64,000 nt of DNA, taken from an uncultured Actinomycetota bacterium. Its GTDB lineage: Bacteria; Actinomycetota; Actinomycetes; Mycobacteriales; Mycobacteriaceae. Positions 11,016-22,023 of this stretch are shown here, piece after piece. Where the stretch lies: NCBI GenBank assembly GCA_963786695.1, contig CAWBAL010000005.1, positions 17,304 to 81,303 of the forward strand, read 5' to 3'. The notes beneath the pieces were generated by a model, which was given only the letters and a program-made list of their open reading frames with translations, was not told the origin of the DNA and did no database searches. A program made the position numbers and the translations under genes. The stretch's first letter is position 1. Each line of letters opens with the position of its first letter.

Positions 11016-12839
11016 ATGGTTACTTGCACCTCATCAGTAACACGAGTCACAGGGATGGTGTCGATCCTCTCGGTGATCGCCGCGTCGGTCACGCTGTCGG
11101 CCTGCACGCCGCGGCCCGACGGCCCGGCACCGGCCGCCCAGCAGTTCCTGGCCGACCTGGCCAAGGGCGACACGTCGGCGGCGGCCCAGCTGTCCGACCG
11201 CCCCGCCGACGCGCAGGCCGCCCTCAACGAGGCGTGGGCCGGCCTGCAGGCCACTCACCTGGACGCCCAGATCCTGAGCTCGCGCTACACCGAGGACACC
11301 GGCAGCGTGAACTACCGCTTCACCTGGCAGCTGCCGAAGAAGCGGACGTGGACCTACGACGGCGTGCTGCAGATGATCCGCGACGAAGCCGGCTGGCACG
11401 TCCGCTGGGCAGCCACCGACCTGCACCCCAAGCTCGGTGAGCACCAGACGTTCGCGCTGCGGGCCGACCCGCCGCGGCGGGCTTCGGTCAACGAGCTCGG
11501 CGGCTCAGATGTGCTGGTGCCGGCCAACCTCTACCGCTACCAGCTCGACGCCGCCAAGGCCGGCGGGGATCTGATGTCGACCGCCCGGGTGGTCGCCGAC
11601 CAGCTGCGCCAGTTCGACAACACACTCGACCCGCAGCGGCTGGCCGAACAGGCCAGCTCGTCGAGCAATCCGCTCGAGCTGATCACGCTCCGCCCGTCCG
11701 ACCACGACAAGGTCGGCCCGGTGCTCGACGCGCTGCCCGGTGTCGTGGTCACCCCGCAGGCCGACCTGCTGCCCACCGACGACACCTTCGCCCCGGCCAT
11801 CGTCAACGAGGTCAAGAAGTCGGTGATCGACCAACTCGACGGCGAGGCCGGCTGGCGGATCGTCAGCGTCAACCAGAACGGCGCAGACGTCGACGTCCTC
11901 AACGAGGTCGCCGCCCAGCCGGCGCCGTCGGTCTCGATCACCCTGGACCGGTCGGTGCAGAACGCCGCCCAGCACGCCGTCGACACCCAGGGCCGCAAGG
12001 CGATGATCGTGGTGATCAAGCCCTCGACCGGCGAGATCCTCGGGGTGGCGCAGAACGCGGCGGCCGACGCCGACGGCCCGGCCGCCACCACCGGCCTCTA
12101 CCCGCCCGGCTCGACGTTCAAGATCGTCACTGCCGGGGCGGCCATCGACCGCAACATGGCCACCCCCAACACCCTGCTCGGCTGCCCCGGCCAGATCGAC
12201 ATCGGCGACCGCACGATCCCGAACTACGACAAGTTCGACCTCGGCACCGTCCCGATGGCCAAGGCGTTCGCCAACTCGTGCAACACCACCTTCGCGGAGT
12301 TGGCCAGCCGGATGCCGCCGACCGCGCTGACGGTCGCCGCCTCCCAGTACGGCATCGGCCCGGACTACACGATCGACGGACTGACCACGGTCACCGGCCA
12401 GGTGCCGCCCACGGTCAACCTCGCCGAACGCACCGAGGACGGCTTCGGGCAGGGCAAGGTGCTGGTCACCCCGTTCGGGATGGCGCTGGCCGCCGCGACC
12501 GTCGCCGCGGGCAAGACGCCGACGCCGCATCTGATCGTGGGGGCGCAGACCACCGAGACCGGTGATCATCCGCAGATCAGCCCGGCGATGCTCGACGGGC
12601 TGCGCGAGATGATGCGGCTGGTGGTCACCAACGGCACCGCCAAGGACATCCTGGGCGCCGGCGACGTGCGCGGTAAGACCGGTGAGGCCGAGTTCGAGGG
12701 CGGCTCGCACGCCTGGTTCACCGGCTATCGCGGCGACCTGGCGTTCTCGGCGCTGATCGTCGGGGGCGGCAGCTCGGAGTACGCGGTGCGGATGGTCAAG
12801 ATGATGTTCGACGAACTGCCCGCCGACTATCTGGCCTGA
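11016..12839 (+). CDS. Class B penicillin-binding lipoprotein (PBP-lipo, Rv2864c-like)
   Basis: Lipobox LSA-C; SxxK (STFK), SxN (SCN) and KTG motifs; MecA-N-like domain. Confidence 0.93.
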   Translation: MVTCTSSVTRVTGMVSILSVIAASVTLSACTPRPDGPAPAAQQFLADLAKGDTSAAAQLSDRPADAQAALNEAWAGLQATHLDAQILSSRYTEDTGSVNYRFTWQLPKKRTWTYDGVLQMIRDEAGWHVRWAATDLHPKLGEHQTFALRADPPRRASVNELGGSDVLVPANLYRYQLDAAKAGGDLMSTARVVADQLRQFDNTLDPQRLAEQASSSSNPLELITLRPSDHDKVGPVLDALPGVVVTPQADLLPTDDTFAPAIVNEVKKSVIDQLDGEAGWRIVSVNQNGADVDVLNEVAAQPAPSVSITLDRSVQNAAQHAVDTQGRKAMIVVIKPSTGEILGVAQNAAADADGPAATTGLYPPGSTFKIVTAGAAIDRNMATPNTLLGCPGQIDIGDRTIPNYDKFDLGTVPMAKAFANSCNTTFAELASRMPPTALTVAASQYGIGPDYTIDGLTTVTGQVPPTVNLAERTEDGFGQGKVLVTPFGMALAAATVAAGKTPTPHLIVGAQTTETGDHPQISPAMLDGLREMMRLVVTNGTAKDILGAGDVRGKTGEAEFEGGSHAWFTGYRGDLAFSALIVGGGSSEYAVRMVKMMFDELPADYLA

Positions 12840-13072
12840 GCGTTGACCGCAATCACGTACTGCTTGTGCATGCGCGTGACGAACACGCGGAAGTAGGGCA
12901 GCGACCGAGCCGGGACGATCCCGCGCAGCACGATCCGCCAGGTTCCGCTCAGGTAGGTGAACACCGCGTCATTGGTATTGCCGAGGATCGCGTGCATGCC
13001 GACCACCGCCGCCCGAATCGCGGCGTGGATGATCGTTTCCCGGGTGGCGCGTGCTCTGGCCTGCAGTGCCAT
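12827..13072 (-). pseudogene. Internally deleted TetR (ScbR/ArpA-like) regulator remnant
   Basis: N-terminal MALQARARATRETIIHAA joins directly to a C-terminal ...WRIVLRGIVPARSLPYFRVF; HTH absent; 81 aa versus about 200 expected. Confidence 0.6.
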
Positions 13073-13098
13073 CAGCGGCCGTCCTTCCCACAGGAGGA

Positions 13099-13115
13099 TC
13101 TGACGATACGTCAGA
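13099..13115. promoter_or_regulatory. Palindromic operator-like site
   Basis: TCTGACG-ATA-CGTCAGA upstream of the TetR remnant. Confidence 0.4.
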
Positions 13116-13163
13116 AATCCCTGGGGAAGCCCCGATTGGCCGATAGCGGTTAAGTCCTGAGCG

Positions 13164-13553
13164 TCACTCCGCGACGATGAGTCCGCTCTTCACCGTCACC
13201 TTGACCGGCTTCAGCGGCTCCATCGCCGGCCCGCGGACCACGGTGCCGTTGAGGGCGAACCGGCTGCCGTGACATGGGCAGATGACGGTGTCGCCCTCGA
13301 CCCCTGGTAGCACGCAGCCCGCGTGTGTGCAGCGGGCGATGAAGGCGTCGAACACCCCTGGCTGCGGCTGGGTGATCAGAGTGTCGCCGAACACCTTGCC
13401 CGAGTTGACCGGGATGTCGGCGGTGCTGGCCAGCGCCTGGCCCGCAACCGGCGGGGTCGCGGGCCTGATCTGTTTGCCTGCGGAAGTGCTGCACGCGGCG
13501 AGCGGTCCGACGGCGGCTCCGATGAGCACGGTCCGGCGCGGGAGTTCAGACAT
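13164..13553 (-). CDS. Rieske [2Fe-2S] small exported (Tat/lipo)protein
   Basis: PRRTVL Tat-like signal, LAA-C lipobox, CTHAGC and CPCHGSRF boxes. Confidence 0.9.
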   Translation of the reverse strand: MSELPRRTVLIGAAVGPLAACSTSAGKQIRPATPPVAGQALASTADIPVNSGKVFGDTLITQPQPGVFDAFIARCTHAGCVLPGVEGDTVICPCHGSRFALNGTVVRGPAMEPLKPVKVTVKSGLIVAE

Positions 13554-13608
13554 GGGGTCAAAGGCTAGTGCAGCTCCGCCGGGCCGCGCGGCGCGCAGGT
13601 ACCGTGGA

Positions 13609-14190
13609 ATGGCCATGACCGGGATCGAGAACACCCCCGCGCTGCGGGTTTCCGACGCCGACCGCAACGGGACACTGCGGCGGCTGCACAACGCCGTCGC
13701 CCTGGGGCTGATCGACATCGGCGAATTCGAGGAACGCTCGGCGCAGGTGTCGGCGGCGCGGATGCGCCCCGAGCTCGACGTCCTGGTCGGCGACCTGCCC
13801 GGGCCGGGCGCGATCGTCACCTCCGCGACCGACCGGGTCGAGCTGCGCGGCTGGCTCGGTTCGCTGCGGCGCCACGGCGAGTGGACGGTGCCGACGCGGC
13901 TCGCGCTGGTGCGCCGGGTGGGCTCGGTCGAACTCGACCTGACCAACGCCCGCTTCGCCGGTCCCGTCGTGGTGATCGAGCTCGACCTGGTGCGCGGCTC
14001 GCTGGACCTGCGGCTGCCCGAGGGCGCCAGCGCGTCGATCGACGACGTCACGGTCTACGGCGGCAGCGCGCGAGACCGCCGCAAGGACCCTCCCGCCGAG
14101 GGCAACCCGCACGTCGTCCTCACCGGTCGGGTGGTGATGGGCATGGTCAACGTGCGCGGCCCCAAGCGCCCGATGCTGCGTCGCCGCTAG
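13609..14190 (+). CDS. DUF1707 (SHOCT-like) domain protein, Rv2862c-like
   Basis: LRVSDADRN...EFEERS...LVGDLP; upstream of map. Confidence 0.85.
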   Translation: MAMTGIENTPALRVSDADRNGTLRRLHNAVALGLIDIGEFEERSAQVSAARMRPELDVLVGDLPGPGAIVTSATDRVELRGWLGSLRRHGEWTVPTRLALVRRVGSVELDLTNARFAGPVVVIELDLVRGSLDLRLPEGASASIDDVTVYGGSARDRRKDPPAEGNPHVVLTGRVVMGMVNVRGPKRPMLRRR

Positions 14191-14199
14191 TCTTGAAAC

Positions 14200-15057
14200 A
14201 TGCCCGTACGTACTGCTCTCCGCGCCGGAGTGGTTTCGCCGACCCTGCCTGTCCCCAAGTCGATCGAGCGTCCCGAATACGTCGGCAAGTCCACGGCGCA
14301 GGAAGGTTCCGAGCCGTGGGTGCAGACGCCCGAGGTGATCGAGAAGATGCGCATCGCCGGACGGATCGCCGCCGGTGCGCTCGCCGAGGCGGGTAAGGCG
14401 GTCGCCCCCGGCGTCACCACCGACGAACTCGACCGCATCGCCCACGAGTACATGGTCGACCACGGGGCATACCCGTCGACCCTGGGCTACAAGGGCTATC
14501 CCAAGTCGTGCTGCACCTCGCTCAACGAGATCATCTGCCACGGCATCCCGGACTCGACCGTCGTCGAGGACGGCGACATCGTCAACATCGACGTGACCGC
14601 CTACATCGACGGGGTGCACGGCGACACCAACGCCACGTTCCTGGCCGGTGACGTCGCCGAGGAGCATCGACTGCTCGTCGAGCGCACCCACGAGGCGACG
14701 ATGCGTGCCATCAAGGCCGTCAAACCCGGGCGCGCGCTGTCGGTGGTCGGCCGGGTCATCGAGTCCTACGCGAACCGCTTCGGCTACAACGTGGTTCGCG
14801 ACTTCACCGGGCACGGCATCGGCACCACGTTCCACAACGGCCTGGTGGTGCTGCACTACGACCAGCCCAGCGTGGAGACCATCATCGAGCCCGGGATGAC
14901 CTTCACCATCGAGCCGATGATCAACCTCGGCGCGCTGGACTACGAGATCTGGGACGACGGCTGGACGGTGGCCACCAAGGACCGCAAGTGGACCGCCCAG
15001 TTCGAGCACACGCTGGTGGTCACCGACGACGGCGCCGAGATCCTGACCCTGCCGTGA
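14200..15057 (+). CDS. mapB: Type I methionine aminopeptidase (MetAP1c)
   Basis: [43 protein letters not shown]. Confidence 0.97.
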   Translation: MPVRTALRAGVVSPTLPVPKSIERPEYVGKSTAQEGSEPWVQTPEVIEKMRIAGRIAAGALAEAGKAVAPGVTTDELDRIAHEYMVDHGAYPSTLGYKGYPKSCCTSLNEIICHGIPDSTVVEDGDIVNIDVTAYIDGVHGDTNATFLAGDVAEEHRLLVERTHEATMRAIKAVKPGRALSVVGRVIESYANRFGYNVVRDFTGHGIGTTFHNGLVVLHYDQPSVETIIEPGMTFTIEPMINLGALDYEIWDDGWTVATKDRKWTAQFEHTLVVTDDGAEILTLP

Positions 15058-15070
15058 TTTCGGCAAGAAC

Positions 15071-16578
15071 GTGAGCGGCGGCGCACTGCTGATCGCCGGC
15101 ACCACATCCGATGCCGGCAAGTCGATGGTCGTCGCGGGTCTGTGCCGGCTGCTGGCGCGCAAAGGAATTCGGGTTGCGCCGTTCAAGGCGCAGAACATGA
15201 GCAACAACTCCGTGGTGACCGTCGACGGCGGCGAGATCGGCCGCGCCCAGGGCGTGCAGGCCCGCGCCGCCGGGCTGGCGCCCAGCATCGCGGTTCAATC
15301 CGGTCCTGCTCAAGCCCGGCAGCGACCGCACCTCGCAACTGGTGGTGCGCGGCCACCCGGTCGGCACGGTCAGCGCGGCCGACTACATCGAGCACCGCGA
15401 CGCGCTGGCCGGTGTGGTGGCCGACGAACTGGCCGGCCTGCGAGCCGAATTCGACGTGGTGCTGTGCGAGGGCGCCGGTTCGCCGGCCGAAATCAATCTG
15501 CGCGCAACCGATTTGGCCAACATGGGACTGGCTCGCGCGGCCAACCTGCCGGTCGTGGTGGTCGGCGACATCGACCGCGGCGGCCTGCTGGCCCACCTGT
15601 TCGGCACCGTCGCCGTGCTCTCACCGGAGGACCAGGCCCTGATCGCCGGGTTCGTCGTCAACAAGTTCCGCGGCGACCCGGCCCTGCTGGCACCCGGACT
15701 CGACCAGCTCGAGGCGCTCACCGGGCGGCCCACCTACGGAGTGGTGCCCTTCAGCGACGAGCTGTGGCTCGACGCCGAGGACTCGGTGTCGGTGGTGGCC
15801 CGCCAGGTGGTCGGCGTGCCGGCCGCACCCGCGCGGCGAGGACTGGCTTCGGGTGGCCGCGATCCGGCTGCCGCGGATCTCCAACTCCACCGACGTCGAG
15901 GCGCTGGCGTGCGAACCCGGCGTGCTGGTCCGCTGGGCCACCGACCCCGCCGAGGTGGCCGACGCCGACGTCGTCGTGCTCCCCGGCAGCAAGGCCACCG
16001 TCGCCGACCTGCAGTGGTTGCGCGAGCGCGGACTGGCCGACGCCGTGCACGCGCACGCCCGGTCGGGACGCCCGGTGCTCGGCATCTGCGGCGGCTTCCA
16101 GATGCTGTGCCGGCGCATCGACGACACCGTCGAGACCCGCAGCGGCGCGGTAGCCGGACTGGGCCTGCTGGATGCCGACATCGAGTTCGCCGCCGAGAAG
16201 GTGTTGCGGCACTGGGACAGCCCGCTGGGCGGCTACGAGATCCACCACGGCCGGGTCACGCGCTGTGCCGAGGCCGGCTGGTTCGAGGCGGACGGGTCAC
16301 CGCAGGGCTTCGCCCGGGGTGCGGTGTACGGCACGCACTGGCACGGCCTGCTGGACAACGACGACTTCCGTCGCGGCTGGCTGCGCGAGGCCGCCGCGGC
16401 CGCCGGCCGGCCCGGATTCCGGGTCGCCGACGACGTCAGCGTGCCCGCGCGCCGCGACGCCCAGCTCGACGTCATGGCTGACCTGCTGGCGGCTCACCTC
16501 GACCTCGACGCCGTTCTGGGCCTGCTCGACGGCGGGCCGCCGGTGCGCCCCACTGTCACCTCGGCGCTGCGTCGGTAG
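15071..16578 (+). CDS. cobQ: Cobyric acid synthase (frameshifts near 15290 and 15830)
   Basis: [60 protein letters not shown]. Confidence 0.95.
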
Positions 16579-16588
16579 CCTTACCTCC

Positions 16589-17257
16589 ATGGCGGGTCGG
16601 GGTGGGGTCACTGCCGCGCTGGCGGCGACGGTTCTGCTGGTCGCCGGTTGCGGGAGCACGGTCGCGGGCAGCGCGACATGGCCGGGTGCCACCCTGGAAA
16701 GGGTCACGCTGAGTGCGGCGGACTTGCCGCCCGGTGTGCAGTTCGACCGGATCGTCGAGCGGCCCGGCCTGCCCGACGGCGCCGGCGCCCCGCCGTCGAT
16801 GCTGTCGCGTCCGGAAGGCTGCGCCAACGCACTGACCAATGTCATCGCCGAGTCGGCCGAACGCGGCCCGGGCAGTGCGGCGAAGTACTCGGTGGGCTAC
16901 GACGGCGCGCGCATCGTGATGACGGTGTTGTCGTGGCGGCTGGATCTCGGCAAGCTCGAGGCGGCGGCGGTCCGTTGCGCGAACTTCGACGCGTTCTTCG
17001 ACGCTCGCGCCCAGGGCATTCCGATCACCACCACCGAACTGGCCGGTGTCGAAAAGGGTGCCCTGGCCTACCAGCAGACGATGCAGTTAAACGGTTCGCC
17101 CAGTAGCGTTTACATGGCGTTCATCAACGTGGGCAAATTGGCGCTGTTCGGAATTGCTTTTCCCACACCCGATCCGAGAATCGAAGCGAAAGCGTCACTG
17201 CCGCAGACATTCCTGGACGTCGTCGCCAAGCAGGCCGCGAAGATTCGGACTACCTGA
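16589..17257 (+). CDS. Putative lipoprotein (PknH/LppH-like sensor domain)
   Basis: LVAG-C lipobox; TAGCCT -10 seven nt before the ATG; paired Cys. Confidence 0.7.
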   Translation: MAGRGGVTAALAATVLLVAGCGSTVAGSATWPGATLERVTLSAADLPPGVQFDRIVERPGLPDGAGAPPSMLSRPEGCANALTNVIAESAERGPGSAAKYSVGYDGARIVMTVLSWRLDLGKLEAAAVRCANFDAFFDARAQGIPITTTELAGVEKGALAYQQTMQLNGSPSSVYMAFINVGKLALFGIAFPTPDPRIEAKASLPQTFLDVVAKQAAKIRTT

Positions 17258-17321
17258 GTACCAGCTGAGAGACGCCGCGGAAACCGCACCCCGCGACGCG
17301 CTTTCGGAGTAGCGTGGCCAA

Positions 17322-17885
17322 ATGCCTTCGACAATGGTGACTGTCGACGGGATCCCTGTACAGGTCGGTGTGACCGGCCCGGAGAAGGGACCTTACGTCG
17401 TCGTGCTGGGTGCTGCCCAGCATGCGCCGGCCGCGTACGACGCGGTCTGTCAGCGGCTGCATACCGCGTCGGTGCGCACGGTCGTCATCGGCCACGACCC
17501 CCGGCTGCACCCCAAGGCGGTGGTCGGCCTCCTCGACGCGCTCGACGTCCGGTGGGGTGTGCTGGTCGGCGACCGGGCCGGCGCCGAACTCGCCTGGGAA
17601 CTTGCGGCCACCCGCCTGGACCGGTTCACCGGCCTGGTCGTGGTCGACCGGGGACATCCGCGGGTGCCCGACCCCAACGGTGTGATCCGCGACGAGGACT
17701 GCCCGCCGGTGGAGATCAACACCACGGCTCTGGTCAGCAACCCGGCGGCTCGCGCGATGGCCAAGGCCAGCCAGCGCTACGTCTACAGCGACTACCGGCT
17801 GGTGGAGTTCACCGGCAGGCGCAACGCCGCCGAGTCCACCGCACAACTGGCCGCCGAGATCGTCCTGCGCACCAGCACCTGGTGA
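17322..17885 (+). CDS. Truncated alpha/beta hydrolase-fold protein
   Basis: LVGDRAGAELAW nucleophile-elbow-like segment; conserved-looking C-terminus IVLRTSTW. Confidence 0.7.
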   Translation: MPSTMVTVDGIPVQVGVTGPEKGPYVVVLGAAQHAPAAYDAVCQRLHTASVRTVVIGHDPRLHPKAVVGLLDALDVRWGVLVGDRAGAELAWELAATRLDRFTGLVVVDRGHPRVPDPNGVIRDEDCPPVEINTTALVSNPAARAMAKASQRYVYSDYRLVEFTGRRNAAESTAQLAAEIVLRTSTW

Positions 17886-17887
17886 GT

Positions 17888-19655
17888 TCACCCCTCCTCG
17901 GTCCGGCGCTCCTCGGGGGTCCACGCCTGGGGTAGCCCCGGTTGGCCGGGGAACAGGAAGTCGACGAACGCCTGCGCGGTCGGTTGCGGCTCGTGGTTGG
18001 CCAGCCCGGGCCGTTCGTTGGCCTCGATGAACACGTACTCCGTCGCGCGTGACGTCGGGCACGAGCAGGTCGATGCCGGTGACCGGGATGCCGATGGCCT
18101 CGGCCGCGACGACCGCCACCCGGCACAGTTCGGGGTGCACCTCGGCGGTCACGTCATGGATGGTGCCGCCCTGGTGCAGGTTGGCGGTCCGGCGAACCCG
18201 CAGCCGCTCACCTTCGGGCAGCACGTCGTCGAAGGACCAACCGGCCTCGGCCACGGTCGCCTCGGTGACCTCGATCGATCGGGATGCGCGACTCGCCGCC
18301 GGTGGCCGCGGCTCGCCGCCGGCTCTGCGTCTCGATCAGTTCGCGGATGGTGTGCTTGCCGGTGCCGATCACCTCGGCGGGCTTTCGCAGCGCCGCGGCC
18401 ACCACCTTGCCGTCGATCACCACCAGTCGAAGGTCGTCGCCGGAGGCGCGCTGCTCGATCAGCACCTCGGGATGCTGCTCGCGCGCCCGGGCCAGCGCGG
18501 CGTCCAGCGCCTCGGGTCCGTCGACCCCGACGGTGATGCCCTTGCCCTGCTCGCCGCGCGTCGGCTTCACCACCACATCGCCGACCTCGGCGAGGAACGC
18601 GTGGTCCTCGGCGTCGAAGGTGGCCAGCCTGCCCTTGGGCACGACGATGCCGGCCTCCGCGACGATCCGGCGGGTGAGCCGCTTGTCGTCGCAGCGGCTC
18701 ATCGCCACCGCGGAGGTGTACTCGCTCAACGACTCCCGGGTGACCACGCTGCGCCCGCCGTGCGACAGCCGCATCTCGCCGGTTTCGGCGTCGATCACCT
18801 CGACGCGGATACCGCGGCGCATGGCTTCGTCGGCGATGATCCGGGCGTAGGGGTTCAGGTCGTCGACGGTCTCCGACTGCGGCGTGAACAGCGGCTCGTT
18901 GATCGCGTTCTTGCGCTTGACCGCCAGAACCGGGACGCGCTGGAAGCCGAGCTTCTCGTACAGCGCGATCGCCGCGTCGTTGTCGTAGGTCACCGACAGA
19001 TCCAGATAGGCACGGCCCCGATCGCGGAAGATCGCGGCGAGCGTGCGGGTCAGCGCGCCGCCGATGCCCGGCAGGCTCGTCGTCGGGTCGACCGCCAGCG
19101 TCCACAGGCTCGAGCCGTCCTCGGGGTCGTTGAACAGCCGCTCGTGGTCGACGCCGGTGACCGTGCCGACCACCGAGCCGTCGTCGTCGCGAACGGCGAT
19201 CAGGTACTCGACGGCGTCGGCGTGCAGATGGTTGTTCCAGATGACCTCGGACGGCGCAGGCACCATGCCGCACCGCACGTACACCCGGTTGATCGCATCG
19301 GCCTCGGACTTCTCGCGCAGGGTCCGCACCGAGAACCCGATCGGGGTGGGGGAGTCGGCATCGCCCTCGCTGAGCCGCCAGCCGGTAGGTGTGGCTGGGG
19401 TCGATGAACAGCTCGGCCGGCGACTTGGCCACCAGGACGTGCGGACTCGCGGGCATAGATGCAGATGTCGCGGCGGCCGTGGACCTCCTGCTGCAGAACC
19501 GCGGCAAGCTTGTCCGGGTCGGCGAACGTCTGCCCGAAAATCAGCCGCCCCCAGCCGAGTTCGAGCACGGTGTCGTCGGACATCTCCTCGACCAGGTGCT
19601 GCGGCGACGCGTCGTGCAGGTGCAGCGTGATGGCTTCGGTGTGGTGGGTGGTCAT
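17888..19655 (-). CDS. ngg: N-acetylglutaminylglutamine synthetase Ngg (GNAT + ATP-grasp; several frameshifts)
   Basis: LGWGRLIFGQTF, RRDICIY, SSLWTLAVDP, KRKNAINEPLF, VVKPTRGEQGKGI, ANLHQGGTIHDV; ends PQAWTPEERRTEEG-TGA. Confidence 0.9.
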
Positions 19656-21457
19656 GCGGCAGGCCCGGTGATGCCGTGCTGCTGCAGCCACAGCTCGAGC
19701 AGGCCGATCTGCCACAGCTCGTTGCCGCGCAACGGGGTGAGCCGTCCGTTGGGGTCGGCCAGCAGACGTTCGACGGCTTCGGGCCGGAACAGGCCGCGCT
19801 CCTTGGCTTGCGGCGCGTAGAGCGCGTCGCGCACCAGGTCGAGGTACGGCCCCTCCAGGTGGGTCAGCGCCGGGACGGGGAAGTACCCCTTGGGGCGGTC
19901 GATCACCTCGGCCGGGATCACCTGGCGGGCAGCCTCTTTCAGGACACCCTTGCCGCCGTGCGCGGTCTTGAGCTCGGGTGGGCAGCCGGCTGCCAGTTCG
20001 ACGAGCTCGTGGTCGAGGAACGGCACCCGGCCCTCCAGGCCCCACGCCATCGTCATGTTGTCGACCCGCTTGACCGGATCGTCGACCAGCATCACGGTGG
20101 TGTCCAGCCGCAGCGCGCGGTCCACGCCGGTCTGCGCGCCGGCCCGGGCGAAGTGCTCGGTGACGAACGCGAGACTGTGGTCGCTGCCGCACTGGCGGTC
20201 TTCGGACAGCAGCGCGTTGACGCCGCCGTGGTCGCGGTCGAAGAACGCGTCCCGGTAGCGGGCGACGGCGCCGTCGACGTCGGCGGCGTCCGGATGGCTC
20301 AGCGGCGGATACCAGTGGTACCCGGCGAACACCTCGTCGGCGCCCTGACCGGACTGCACCACTTTGACGTGGCGCGAAACCTCCTGGCTCAGCAGGTAGA
20401 ACGCCACGCAGTCGTGGCTGACCATCGGTTCGCTCATCGCGGCGATCGCGCCGTCGAGGGCGGGCAGCATGCGCGCGGTGTCGATGCGGATCTGGTGGTG
20501 GTCGGTGGCGAACCGCTCGGCCACGATGTCGGAGTAGACGAACTCGTCGCCCTTGACGCCGCCGACGGACTCGAAGCCGATGGAGAACGTCGACAGTCCG
20601 TGCTGGCCCGCCTCGGCGAGCAGTCCGACGATCAGGCTCGAGTCCACCCCGCCCGACAGCAGGCATCCGACCGGCACGTCGGCGACCAGGCGGCGCTTCA
20701 CGGCAGTGCGCAGCGCGTCGAGAACCGCTTCCTGCCAATCCGTTTCGCTCCAGTCGGCGCGCTCGGCACGCCGGGTGAAGTCCGGACTCCAGTAGGTCGT
20801 CGTGGTGCGCGTGCCGTCGGCTTCGATGGCCAAGAGCGTGCCCGGCGCCAGCTTGCGCACGCCGCGCAGGATGGTGTGCGGCGCGGGCACCACGGAGTGG
20901 AACGTCAGATAGTGGTGCAGGGCCACCGGGTCGATCCGGGTGTCGACGCCACCACCGGCCAGCAGGGCAGGCAACGAGGAGGCGAAGCGGATCCGATGGG
21001 CGTCCTCGCTGATGTACAGCGGCTTGATGCCCAGCCGGTCGCGGCCGAGCAGCACGCGTCCGCTGTCGCGTTCGGCGATGGCGAAGGCGAACATGCCGTG
21101 CAGCCGCTCGACGAACCGGTCACCCCAGTGGTGGTAGGCCTTCAGCAGCACCTCGGTGTCGCTGTGCGAGAAGAAGCGGTAGCCGTGGCCGGCCAGCTCG
21201 TCGCGCAGCGCCTCGTAGTTGTAGATGCAGCCGTTCCAGCAGATCGTCAGCCCCAGTTCGGCGTCGACCATGGGCTGGGCGCCGGCCTCGGACAGGTCGA
21301 TGATCTTCAGTCGGCGATGCCCCAGCGCGACCCGGCCCTGCGACCACACCCCGGAACCGTCGGGTCCGCGGCGCGCCATGGTGCCCGCCATGGCGGCAAC
21401 CGCCGCTACGTCAGGCGCCTGATTGTCGAGCCGGACCTCACCCGTCGCTCCGCACAT
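19652..21457 (-). CDS. asnO: N-acetylglutaminylglutamine amidotransferase (asparagine synthase family)
   Basis: N-terminal MCG, RGPDG, LGHRRLKIIDL, LLSGGVDSS, QSGQGADE, DDPVKRVDNMTMAWGLE; ATGA overlap with ngg. Confidence 0.93.
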   Translation of the reverse strand: MCGATGEVRLDNQAPDVAAVAAMAGTMARRGPDGSGVWSQGRVALGHRRLKIIDLSEAGAQPMVDAELGLTICWNGCIYNYEALRDELAGHGYRFFSHSDTEVLLKAYHHWGDRFVERLHGMFAFAIAERDSGRVLLGRDRLGIKPLYISEDAHRIRFASSLPALLAGGGVDTRIDPVALHHYLTFHSVVPAPHTILRGVRKLAPGTLLAIEADGTRTTTTYWSPDFTRRAERADWSETDWQEAVLDALRTAVKRRLVADVPVGCLLSGGVDSSLIVGLLAEAGQHGLSTFSIGFESVGGVKGDEFVYSDIVAERFATDHHQIRIDTARMLPALDGAIAAMSEPMVSHDCVAFYLLSQEVSRHVKVVQSGQGADEVFAGYHWYPPLSHPDAADVDGAVARYRDAFFDRDHGGVNALLSEDRQCGSDHSLAFVTEHFARAGAQTGVDRALRLDTTVMLVDDPVKRVDNMTMAWGLEGRVPFLDHELVELAAGCPPELKTAHGGKGVLKEAARQVIPAEVIDRPKGYFPVPALTHLEGPYLDLVRDALYAPQAKERGLFRPEAVERLLADPNGRLTPLRGNELWQIGLLELWLQQHGITGPAA

Positions 21458-21497
21458 CGATCCGGTGCATCCCGTCTGTCGCTTATGCCGCAGGTAA

Positions 21498-21524
21498 GTA
21501 CCCGCAGAGCGCCGTTTTCAATCC
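21498..21524 (-). promoter_or_regulatory. SigF-type promoter of asnO-ngg
   Basis: Minus strand GGATT-N16-GGGTAC, matching GGWWT-N16/17-GGGTAY, 40 nt upstream of the ATG. Confidence 0.75.
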
Positions 21525-21564
21525 GACGGGAGCGCTTCACACTCTCGTGGCGGCGGTGGCCTCG

Positions 21565-21849
21565 CTATTTCCCCGCCGACGACGTCAACACGGCGAGGCT
21601 CAGCCTGCGCAACGACCGCGACGGCACACCTCGGCGCCGGTACGCCGTTGCCAGCGCCGGAACGCCTCGACGTCGGACGTCGTAGATCGCCGCGGCCGCC
21701 GCACCACACAGGAAACCCAACGCGAAGGCCCTGCGCGGCCGTCGTCTCCTTCTGTGCAGGACAACCGCGCTGAAGAAGCCGAATGCGCCGCTGATCATCG
21801 CGACGGCGGCGAGCAGCGGAATGAGGGGCATCATTCCGACCGCATGCAT
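21565..21849 (-). CDS. Small hypothetical membrane protein
   Basis: Hydrophobic N-terminus, Arg cluster, second TM AFALGFLCGAAAA. Confidence 0.55.
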   Translation of the reverse strand: MHAVGMMPLIPLLAAVAMISGAFGFFSAVVLHRRRRRPRRAFALGFLCGAAAAAIYDVRRRGVPALATAYRRRGVPSRSLRRLSLAVLTSSAGK

Positions 21850-22023
21850 TGGCCGATCCAACCGCGGTTTGCCCGGATTGGCAGTACCCGGCGGTGATTC
21901 GTTACCGACCCGCCGACGAAGTGTTAGCACGCTGCCACACAAACCGCGCCCCCCGGCCGACAGGCACGGGGGGCGCGGGACCCGCCCGGAGGCGGGCCTG
22001 GAAATGCGGTCTCCGCTGTTCAG

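Noticed and set aside
19676-21685. Long antisense ORFs (669 aa opposite asnO, and similar ones opposite map, infB and proS)
   Set aside because: Expected shadow ORFs of high-GC codon usage; no recognisable motifs
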